From the NCBI GenBank assembly GCA_963834385.1, contig CAWIBO010000005.1, positions 128,001-192,000 on the forward strand: a stretch of DNA of 64,000 bases, written 5' to 3'. The translations under genes and the position numbers were made by a program. The DNA is from an uncultured Verrucomicrobiae bacterium (GTDB taxonomy: Bacteria; Verrucomicrobiota; Verrucomicrobiia; Chthoniobacterales; UBA10450). The notes below the pieces were generated by a model that was not told the DNA's origin, ran no database searches, and worked only from the letters and a program-made list of their open reading frames with translations. Shown piece by piece: positions 1 through 7,408 of the stretch; position 1 is the stretch's first letter; every line of letters begins with the position of its first letter.

Positions 1-205
1 AATCGACCTGGTGAAAATCGTTCCGGGCATTTGGTCCCTTGATGATCATCACGAAAAAATCGCGGCCATCGTAGAGATACTGATTGCTCACCGGCGGCTT
101 GAAGTTGTCCCGGTTCTTCTCCACCCAGCCCATCAGGTCGATGGGCGCCTGCACGGAGGAACCGGTTTCCGAAGGGGAGGCGGGAGCGGCGACGGCGTTG
201 GCCAT
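1..205 (-). CDS. nbaC: 3-hydroxyanthranilate 3,4-dioxygenase, N-terminal part (runs off window start)
   Basis: Manual translation from ATG at 205: MANAVAPASPSETGSSVQAPIDLMGWVEKNRDNFKPPVSNQYLYDGRDFFVMIIKGPNARNDFHQVD. This matches the HAD N-terminal signature (W..N...KPPV.N...F.VM...GPN.R.D(Y/F)H). Not in the ORF track. Confidence 0.9.
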   Translation of the reverse strand, partial: MANAVAAPASPSETGSSVQAPIDLMGWVEKNRDNFKPPVSNQYLYDGRDFFVMIIKGPNARNDFHQVD

Positions 206-211
206 GAGAAA

Positions 212-241
212 AGGCTAGGGAGAGCCGGGGGGCGGCGTCAA
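212..241 (-). promoter_or_regulatory. Putative sigma70 promoter of nbaC (leaderless)
   Basis: Minus strand TTGACG-N18-TAGCCT, with the -10 box 6 nt upstream of the ATG and no Shine-Dalgarno. Confidence 0.55.
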
Positions 242-270
242 ACCGAAGCGGACTCCGCCGCTTCGCGGAC

Positions 271-310
271 AAAGAAAAACCGCGCATGACCTTGCGGCCA
301 TGCGCGGTTT
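271..310 (-). terminator. Rho-independent terminator downstream of the 51-aa ORF
   Basis: Minus strand AAACCGCGCATGGCC-GCAA-GGTCATGCGCGGTTT followed by TTCTTT: long stem, GNRA tetraloop, U tract. Confidence 0.85.
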
Positions 311-331
311 CGCGCGTTCAGGAGGGAAAGC

Positions 332-487
332 TTAGCTCTGGCGGGTCTGCTCAGTGCCGGTTCCCGGCGTGTGCTGGCCCGGCGTGTTCGGGCGGCCCAT
401 GTCCTTCTGCTCCTTGCCCTTTTCGGTCACCGGAGTCTCGGGCTTGGTCTGATGTTCCTGCGGCTTGTTGGTTTTCGGATCGTTCAT
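332..487 (-). CDS. Small hydrophilic hypothetical protein (51 aa)
   Basis: MNDPKTNKPQEHQTKPETPVTEKGKEQKDMGRPNTPGQHTPGTGTEQTRQS*. Purine-rich RBS (AAAAGGAAAGGG) upstream, GC3-rich codons, flanked by a promoter and a terminator. Below the ORF-track length cutoff. Confidence 0.75.
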   Translation of the reverse strand: MNDPKTNKPQEHQTKPETPVTEKGKEQKDMGRPNTPGQHTPGTGTEQTRQS

Positions 488-512
488 ATTTGTTCCCTTT
501 CCTTTTGGTTAT

Positions 513-622
513 GAGCCGGCTTTCACTTGGGCGCTTTGGAGACCAATAGTATCAAAAATGCGCCATTTCCGGCCGGCTCGCGGCCTCCTTAAATATCAAA
601 CCCATTCCCGAGGGGGAACGGG
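513..622 (-). other. Structured 5' leader (two hairpins)
   Basis: Minus strand CCCGTTCCC-CCTC-GGGAATGGG hairpin (601-622), and a long imperfect stem closed by GAGCCGGC/GCCGGCTC (513-579) with inner GGCGC/GCGCC pairing. Confidence 0.5.
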
Positions 623-632
623 CTAATGACCA

Positions 633-661
633 ATTATAGGCCTGAAACGCCGTTTTGGCAA
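633..661 (-). promoter_or_regulatory. Near-consensus sigma70 promoter
   Basis: Minus strand TTGCCA-N17-TATAAT in a locally AT-richer intergenic region. Confidence 0.75.
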
Positions 662-747
662 GGGCTCAGGGCTAAAAAAGCCAAATTCTATCGGGTTTTC
701 GCGATTTACCCGGCTGCTCCGCCATTGGCGATCGACTGGCCTTAAAA

Positions 748-1549
748 CTAGGCCAAGTCGCGCAGCGGTCGCCCGGACCGGCCCCGGAGCACCGCCATGA
801 TCTCGGCCAGCACGCTGATCGCGATCTCGGCCGGCGCGTCGGCCCCGAGGTCGAGCCCAAGCGGCGCATACACCCGCCCGAGTTGCTCCGCGGTCGCGCC
901 GTCGGCCCGCAGCCGGTCAAAGACCATCCGCACTTTGCGCCGGCTTCCGATCATCCCCAGATACCCAAGGCCGGAAAGCGGCAGCGCGGCCGCCAGGGCT
1001 TCCCGATCGATCTCGTGATTGCGGGAGACCAGCACCAGCGCCTCGGTTTCTCCCCAACTGCGCGCGCGAATGAACTCCGGCGCGCTCAGCTTGGTCTGCC
1101 GGAGCGCGCCCGCCGGGAAACCGTCGAGCTGGTCAGGCCGGTCTTCGGTCACGGTGACGGAAAATCCGGCCTGGAGGGCGAGCCGGGCGATGGCGCGGGC
1201 GCAATGCCCGCCGCCGACGAGATGGATGGTTTCGCCGGCCACCTGCGGTTCGATCAGGAGTGTGACCTCGCCGCCGCAGATGGCGCCGAAAGATTCGGGG
1301 TCGCCCTCGTGCAGCGGATACGTCCGCAGCGCGGGTTCTCCGCTGGGCAAGGCGCGCACGCGCTTCTTCGATCGCCAGCGACTCGAGTTTGCCGCCGCCG
1401 ATGGTGCCGCTGCTCCGGCCGTCGGCGTAGACGATCATCTTGGCCCCGGCGGCGCGCGGGACCGAGCCGGTGCAGGCGGCCACGGTCACAAGCGCGCAGG
1501 GTTGCCGGGCGCGTCGGGCCGCCAGCAGTTCCTCGAGCAGATCAGTCAT
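748..1549 (-). CDS. xdhC: XdhC/CoxI family xanthine dehydrogenase maturation factor (one frameshift near 1355)
   Basis: N-part GSVPRAAGAKMIV..GTIGGGKLE (ORF 1133..1558) joins C-part CGGEV..VGGGH..YLGMIGSRRK..PLGLDLGADAPAEIAISVLAEI (ORF 748..1359). Start overlaps the uricase stop. Confidence 0.9.
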
Positions 1550-2387
1550 GGCGGACAACGCTCACCTCGATTTGTCCGTGCGGTTCGTCGATCGGGACGA
1601 AGACATCGTTTGGGTTGTCGAGACCGAACGGAGCCAGATTGATGAGCAGGCAATGCTTGTTCGGCATGGCCAGGTCGAGCCGCTCAATCTCGGCGCAGGC
1701 GGCCAGCGCGGCTTCGCCCATCTGGAAAAGCGTGGTTTGCGCAGAGGGACTGTAGTTTTGCGCAAAGACGGTCAGCATCGCCTCGAGAATGGCGCGGTTC
1801 GCCGTGGCATGGCTCTGCGGGGTCCGCGCAAAATACCACGTGGCGCTGAACGACGTCCCAAGGATGCGGTCAGCCGTCTCCGGCAGGGTGGTGAATTCGT
1901 CTCTCGGATAATTCTCGAAACCGGAGCCGGTGCTCTTGAGCAGGACGAGATCGCGAATGCCGGAGGCGACCGTGGCCGCTCCCTGGCGGCAGACGACGCG
2001 GGTGAAGGGGCGCGCCTCGTTCCCGGCGAGAAAGGAATGGTCGTGCGGTTTTCCCGCCACCACCATGCGCTCCCAGCGACGCTCGCTGATCTCGATCTGC
2101 GCCTCCTGCACCTGCGGATAACGCGTCACGAAATGGTCGCCCAGGACGACCGCGAACTTCTCGAGCTCGTTGCCGAGATGCTGGCGGGCCATGACGTTGA
2201 CCGTGTTCTTGATCGTGTCGGTCGCGACCACTTTCGTGTTGTCGCCCGCGGTGTAGGAACTCTCGAAATCGCCCCGGAGCAGGGCCATGACGCTGATATC
2301 CTTGAGGGTATGAAGAGGGCCGTCCCGCAGGACCTTGAGGACGCGGACCCGGCCTTTCCCGTAACGGTGATCGATCACCTTAGCCAT
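1542..2387 (-). CDS. pucL: Factor-independent urate hydroxylase (uricase)
   Basis: YGKGRVRV, VVATDTIKNTV, VLLKSTGSGF, TTLPETADRIL, YSPSAQ, MPNKH motifs. Confidence 0.95.
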   Translation of the reverse strand: MAKVIDHRYGKGRVRVLKVLRDGPLHTLKDISVMALLRGDFESSYTAGDNTKVVATDTIKNTVNVMARQHLGNELEKFAVVLGDHFVTRYPQVQEAQIEISERRWERMVVAGKPHDHSFLAGNEARPFTRVVCRQGAATVASGIRDLVLLKSTGSGFENYPRDEFTTLPETADRILGTSFSATWYFARTPQSHATANRAILEAMLTVFAQNYSPSAQTTLFQMGEAALAACAEIERLDLAMPNKHCLLINLAPFGLDNPNDVFVPIDEPHGQIEVSVVRHD

Positions 2388-2424
2388 TGCCGCCCAGAAA
2401 TAATTCGTTTAAGCCGGCAAGGCG

Positions 2425-2919
2425 ATGCCAAACCTCGAGGAAATCAACGCGATGGACCGGGCCGGGTTTACCCGGCACCTGGGACCGCTCTTTGAGCATT
2501 CGCCCTGGGTGGCGGAACGGACCTGGCCGGAACGCCCTTTTCCCGGGGAGAAAGAGCTGCACGCCGCCCTTTGCCGGACGGTGCGGGAGGCGGACGCCGC
2601 CGAACAGCTCGCGCTGATCGCGGCCCACCCGGACCTGGTGACAAAAGCCGTGCTCACCCGCGAATCGCAGGGCGAACAGGCCAGCGCCGGGCTCGGCTCG
2701 CTCACGGAAGCGGAGGCGCAGGCCTTCCGGGAATACAACGCCGCCTACCGCGCGCGTTTCGGGTTTCCCTTCATCATCTGCGCCCGGCTCAATAAAAAAG
2801 AGGCGATCCTGGAGGCGTTCCCCCGGCGCCTGGAGAATTCGCGCGAGAAAGAGATCGAAACCGCCCTCGAAGAAATATACAAGATTGCGGAGTTGCGCCT
2901 GCGCGACCTGATCGGATGA
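2425..2919 (+). CDS. uraD: OHCU decarboxylase
   Basis: [51 protein letters not shown] motifs. Confidence 0.95.
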   Translation: MPNLEEINAMDRAGFTRHLGPLFEHSPWVAERTWPERPFPGEKELHAALCRTVREADAAEQLALIAAHPDLVTKAVLTRESQGEQASAGLGSLTEAEAQAFREYNAAYRARFGFPFIICARLNKKEAILEAFPRRLENSREKEIETALEEIYKIAELRLRDLIG

Positions 2920-3242
2920 GCATGCTTTCCACCCACGTCCTTGATACGGCCAAAGGCCGGCCCGCCGCCGGCATGAAGATCGAGCTGCGCTCGCTTGACC
3001 GGGACGAACTGTTGAAAACGGTGAGCACGAACGCCGACGGCCGGACCGACGCCCCGCTGCTCGCGGCCGATGAGATGAAAGCGGGCCGCTACGAGCTGCT
3101 TTTCCACGTGGGCGATTATTTCGGCGAACGGAAGTTTCTTGATGTCGTGCCGGTGCGTTTCACGATTTCCGACGCCGGCGCGAAGTATCATGTGCCGCTG
3201 CTTGTCTCTCCCTGGAGCTACAGCACGTATCGGGGAAGCTGA
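2916..3242 (+). CDS. uraH: 5-hydroxyisourate hydrolase (transthyretin-like)
   Basis: [16 protein letters not shown] and C-terminal [18 protein letters not shown]. Confidence 0.97.
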   Translation: MSMLSTHVLDTAKGRPAAGMKIELRSLDRDELLKTVSTNADGRTDAPLLAADEMKAGRYELLFHVGDYFGERKFLDVVPVRFTISDAGAKYHVPLLVSPWSYSTYRGS

Positions 3243-3244
3243 AG

Positions 3245-3353
3245 AGGTTTAACCACAGAGACGCAGAGGGCGCAGAGGGGGAGCTTTGGGGGAAAGTTGG
3301 GAGACGGCGGGTGTTTGCTGGAAGAGGACAGGATTTACAGGATGGACAGGATT
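3245..3353 (+). repeat. 109-bp direct repeat, copy 1
   Basis: Aligns to 3477..3585 with 6 mismatches in 109 nt. Contains the 9-nt-periodic triplets CACAGAGAC-GCAGAGGGC-GCAGAG and ACAGGAT-NN x3. Confidence 0.95.
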
Positions 3354-3397
3354 TAAAGGGGTCTTTACGTGGTTTTCTTGCAGGCACAGCCCGGGCA

Positions 3398-3429
3398 TAC
3401 GATTCACGATTCACCATTCACGACTCACG
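3398..3429 (+). repeat. Heptamer tandem repeat (CACGATT-like x4.5)
   Basis: TACGATT CACGATT CACCATT CACGACT CACG. A reverse-complement version lies at 51248..51278. Confidence 0.85.
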
Positions 3430-3440
3430 CCCCTTTCCCT

Positions 3441-3585
3441 CCCCCGGTAGGGCGAGACTCCGTCGAGCCTGGGAGTAGGTTTAACCACAGAGACGCAGAG
3501 GGCGCAGAGGAGGAGCTTTGGGGGAAACTTGGGAGACGGCGCGTGTTTATTGGAAGAGGACAGGATTAACAGGATGGACAGGATT
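3441..3585 (+). repeat. GTAG-type REP half-site plus 109-bp direct repeat copy 2
   Basis: CCCCCGGTAGGGCGAGACTCCGTCGAGCC followed by copy 2 (3477..3585). Segment 3441..3538 recurs at 18642..18737 at about 90% identity. Confidence 0.9.
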
Positions 3586-3718
3586 GCAGGACGCAGGCGT
3601 TCACGACCCTCGCAAAGATCCGGATGGCGCGACGACGGCAGTTTGTGCGATACCTTTGCCCCAATGCTTCACCTCTTCTCTGCGACCTCCGCGACCTCTG
3701 CGTGAGGCCACTCCGGAC

Positions 3719-4729
3719 ATGACCGAGAGAGACCAGACACCGCCCGGCCTCGTTGATCTCGCCGCCGCCCGCGTGGGCGGGCTCGCCCTCGTGGCCAACG
3801 ACGAATTTTTCGCCGAGAAAGAAAACCTGCTCAAGCCGGGCCGCGGCATCTTCATCCCCGACAAATACACCGATCACGGCAAATGGATGGATGGCTGGGA
3901 AAGCCGGCGCCGGCGCACGCCCGGTCACGACTGGTGCGTGGTCCAGCTCGGGATGCGCGGGATCATTCGCCAGGTCGACATCGACACCAACCATTTCCTG
4001 GGGAACCATCCGCCCTTTGCCTCTCTCGAAGCGCTCGACCTGCGCGAGAAGATCGACCGCGCGGCGGTGGAAAAGCTTCCCTGGAGCCCGTTGCTCGAGA
4101 AATCGCCGCTCAACCCCGGCTCACAGAACCTGTGCAACGTCGCGAACGACCAGCCTTGGACGCATGTGAAGCTGAACATCTTTCCGGATGGCGGCGTGGC
4201 CCGCCTTCGCGTTTACGGAGTGGTGGTGCCCGACTGGAGCCAGTTCAAGCCGGGCGAAGCGATTGACCTGGCGGCGATCGAGAACGGCGGCGTCCCGCTC
4301 GCCTGCAGCGACATGTTCTTTTCCTCGATGCACAACCTGATCATGCCCGGTCGCTCGGAAAACATGGGCGACGGCTGGGAAACAAAACGCCGGCGCGGGC
4401 CGGGACACGACTGGCTTATCCTGAAGCTCGGCCGGCCGGGCACAATCGAGAAAATCGAAGTCGACACCAACCATTTCAAGGGGAACTACCCCGACACCTG
4501 CTCGATTGAAGGCTGCGCCGCACCGGAGGCCACCGTCGAGAGTCTTCAGAGCGACGCGGTCAAGTGGCGCGAGATCCTGCCAAAAACAAAACTCCAGGCC
4601 GACACGCGCCACTACTTCGAACGCGAGTTGTCTCCACTGCCGGATTGTTCCCATCTCCGGCTCAACATTTTCCCCGACGGCGGCGTCAGCCGTCTGCGCG
4701 TCTGGGGCCGATTGCCAGCGCCCGCATGA
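3719..4729 (+). CDS. alc: Allantoicase (allantoate amidinohydrolase)
   Basis: Two repeated domains with DGWE(S/T)(R/K)RRR.PGHDW, DTNHF.GN and LNIFPDGGV.RLRV. Start taken at the ATG of MTERDQ; the upstream extension in the ORF track is repeat DNA. Confidence 0.95.
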   Translation: MTERDQTPPGLVDLAAARVGGLALVANDEFFAEKENLLKPGRGIFIPDKYTDHGKWMDGWESRRRRTPGHDWCVVQLGMRGIIRQVDIDTNHFLGNHPPFASLEALDLREKIDRAAVEKLPWSPLLEKSPLNPGSQNLCNVANDQPWTHVKLNIFPDGGVARLRVYGVVVPDWSQFKPGEAIDLAAIENGGVPLACSDMFFSSMHNLIMPGRSENMGDGWETKRRRGPGHDWLILKLGRPGTIEKIEVDTNHFKGNYPDTCSIEGCAAPEATVESLQSDAVKWREILPKTKLQADTRHYFERELSPLPDCSHLRLNIFPDGGVSRLRVWGRLPAPA

Positions 4730-6023
4730 GTGATTTTGATGTTCTTGTGCGCGGTCGCGGGCACGCGATCGGCATCTCGACGGGAAGGTGCGGCTTGTGG
4801 GCAAAGCCTGACCGGGAGCGCCCCGCGCGAGCTCGGAGGTTGAGCACCTTCTTCTTTTGCCCGGGGTGATCGATGCGCATGTGCATTTTAATGATCCGGG
4901 GCGGGCGGACTGGGAGGGGTGGGAGACCGGTTCGCGCGCGGCGGCGGCGGGCGGGATCACCACGGTCTTCGATATGCCGTTGAATGCGCATCCGCCGACG
5001 ATTGACGGTCCGAGCTTCGATGAGAAGAAGGCGGCGGCGGAACGACAATCGTCCGTCGATTTCGGGCTCTGGGGCGGGCTCGTCCCGGGCAACGTCGAGC
5101 AACTGGAAACGCTGCGTGACCGCGGCGTGGTCGGCTTGAAGGCGTTCATGTCGAACAGCGGGATTGACGATTTCGAGGCGGTGGACGACGCCACCCTGCG
5201 CGACGGAATGAAGGAAGCGGCCCGGCTTGGTTTGCTCGTGGCCGTGCACGCCGAGTCGGAAAAAATCACGCGCGAACTCACCGCGCAGGCCCGCGCCAAA
5301 GGAGGGAGCTCGGTGCGCGATTATCTTGATTCCCGACCGGTGGCGGCGGAGCTCGACGCGATCAAGCGCGCGGTCGAGATCGCCGGCGAAACCGGTGGCC
5401 GTTTGCATATCGTGCATGTGAGCAGCGGACGCGGGGTCCGCCTGGTCGCGGAGGCGCGCCGGGCCGGGGTTGATGTCACCTGCGAGACCTGTCCGCATTA
5501 CCTGATCCTGACCGACGACGACATGGTTGCGCTCGGCGCGGTGGCAAAATGCGCGCCGCCGCTCCGGCCGGCCGCGGACCAAAAGGAGCTGCGCGCGAGC
5601 CTTGGCGAGGTCACCACCATCGGCTCCGACCATTCGCCGTCGCCGCCGGAGATGAAGGCGCGCGATAATTTTTTCGATGTCTGGGGCGGCATTTCCGGTT
5701 GTCAGCATCTCCTGCCGCTCCTTTGCGGGATGAATGATTTGTCGTCCGGCGAGATTATCCGGCTGACCAGTGTGGACGTAGCCCGGCGGTTTAACCTGCG
5801 CGGGAAAGGCGGGTTGGAGGTAGGGAACGACGCCGATTTTGTCCTGGTCGATCCGGCCCCGGCGGAGATCACGCGCGACGGTCTTTATTACCGGCACAAA
5901 CAGACGCCTTACCTCGGGCGGCGCCTCCCCCGGGTGGTCGCTGTATTTTTGCGCGGACAAAGTCTCTTCGAGAATGGTAGCTTCACCACCCGGCCCAACG
6001 GACGGTTCGTGCGGCCGACCTGA
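4726..6023 (+). CDS. allB: Allantoinase (small indels in the first ~130 nt)
   Basis: LPGVIDAHVHFNDPG, GSRAAAAGGITTVFDMPLN, VHAE, TCETCPHYL, KCAPPLR, SDHSPSP, WGGISG. The ATG at 4726 overlaps the alc stop. Confidence 0.93.
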
Positions 6024-6026
6024 TCG

Positions 6027-7384
6027 ATGAGCCACCGCACCAGCCTTTCCCCCACCGAGAACGACGAAATCAGCGCCGCGCTGCGCGAAGCGAACCGCGC
6101 CTTCATGCAGCAATACCCCGGCGAATCCGACCGGCGCCAGGCGGTCCACACCGTTTATGGCGGCGCGCATCTTTTCAAGGCGGACGCCGCGGCCAAGCTG
6201 GGGCAGGTGGCGCTCCGCTCGCTCGAGGAACATGCGCCTGACGCCGGGGCTCTCATGGGCGTGCTCGGGATCGGGGAGTCGGCCCTCGGCGCGAAGATTT
6301 ATGAGCGGGTGCAAGGAAAAGTTGAAGCGCGAACCGGTGGAAGATTTCCGGCTCGATTTCGAGGACGGCTACGGCAACCGGGCTGACGACGAGGAGGATG
6401 GGCACGCCGCCGGCAGCGCCGCGGAAGTGGCGCGCGGCTTTGCGGCCGGAACGCTGCCGCCGTTCATCGGCATTCGGATCAAACCCCTGAACGAGGACCT
6501 GCGCGCCCGGAGCGTGCGCACCCTGGACATTTTCATCACCACGCTTGTCTGCGGAAACGAAAGGAAAGCTGCCCGACAATTTTGTGGTCACGGTGCCGAA
6601 GATCCAGCTCCCGGAACAAATGACCGCCGCGGTGCGCTACTTCGAGGCGCTGGAGAAAAAGAACGGTCTCCCGGCCGGATCGCTCCAGATCGAACCGATG
6701 ATCGAGACCCCGCAGGCGATCATCAATCGCCGGGGCGAGATCGCGGTCAGCTCGCTCATCGAGGCGGGAGCCGGCCGTTGCCGCAGCATTCATTTCGGCG
6801 TTTACGATTATACCGCGTCGTGCGGCATCACCGCCGCCTACCAGGCCATGCGGCATTCGACGTGCGATTTTGCGCGGCAGATGATGCTGGTCTCGACCGC
6901 CGGGACCGGTGTTCATCTTTCCGACGGCGCGACCAACATTCTCCCGGTGGCCCCGCATCGCGCCGCGGCCGGCGAAAAACTGACGGCGGCGCAGATCGAA
7001 CAGAACCGGGCCGCGGTGCACGGCGCGTGGAAACTCGGGTACGACGACAACATGCATTCGCTCCGGAATGGCTATTACCAGGGGTGGGACCTGCACCCGG
7101 CGCAGTTCGTCACGCGTTACGCCGCGGTTTATCATTTCTTTCTCGGCGGTCTCGAGAGCGCCTCGCACCGGCTGAAGACGTTTGTCGAGAAGGCGGCCCT
7201 GGCCTCGCTTTTCGGCGATGTCTTTGACGACGCCGCCACCGGCCAGGGACTGCTCAATTTCTTCCTGCGCGGCATGGCCTGCGGCGCCATCACGGAGGAG
7301 GAAGCGCTCCAGACCGGCCTCACCCTCGAGGAAATCCGGTCACGCTCTTTTTACAAGATCCTGAAAGGACGTCGCCAGGGTTGA
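6027..7384 (+). CDS. Uncharacterised HpcH/CitE/malate-synthase-superfamily enzyme (DUF6986-like; frameshifts near 6315 and 6548)
   Basis: Three consecutive ORF pieces: RQAVHTVYGGA, then EDFRLDFEDGYG..GIRIK, then VPK..MIETPQ..HFGVYDYTA..LSDGATN..YQGWDLHPAQ..DDAATGQ. It lies between allB and xdh on the same strand. Confidence 0.8.
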
Positions 7385-7408
7385 GACGGCGCGCGTGATG
7401 ATCCGGAG

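Noticed and set aside
2417..2432. Sigma54 promoter for uricase (TGGCA..TTGC on the minus strand)
   Set aside because: GG-to-GC spacing is 9 nt, not the required 10.
3245..3585. 109-bp repeats as CRISPR or as coding sequence (ORFs 3160..3417, 3369..3569, N-terminal extension of alc)
   Set aside because: The unit is too long for CRISPR. The translations (NHRDAEGAE, TGLTGWTGL) just reflect the DNA periodicity.
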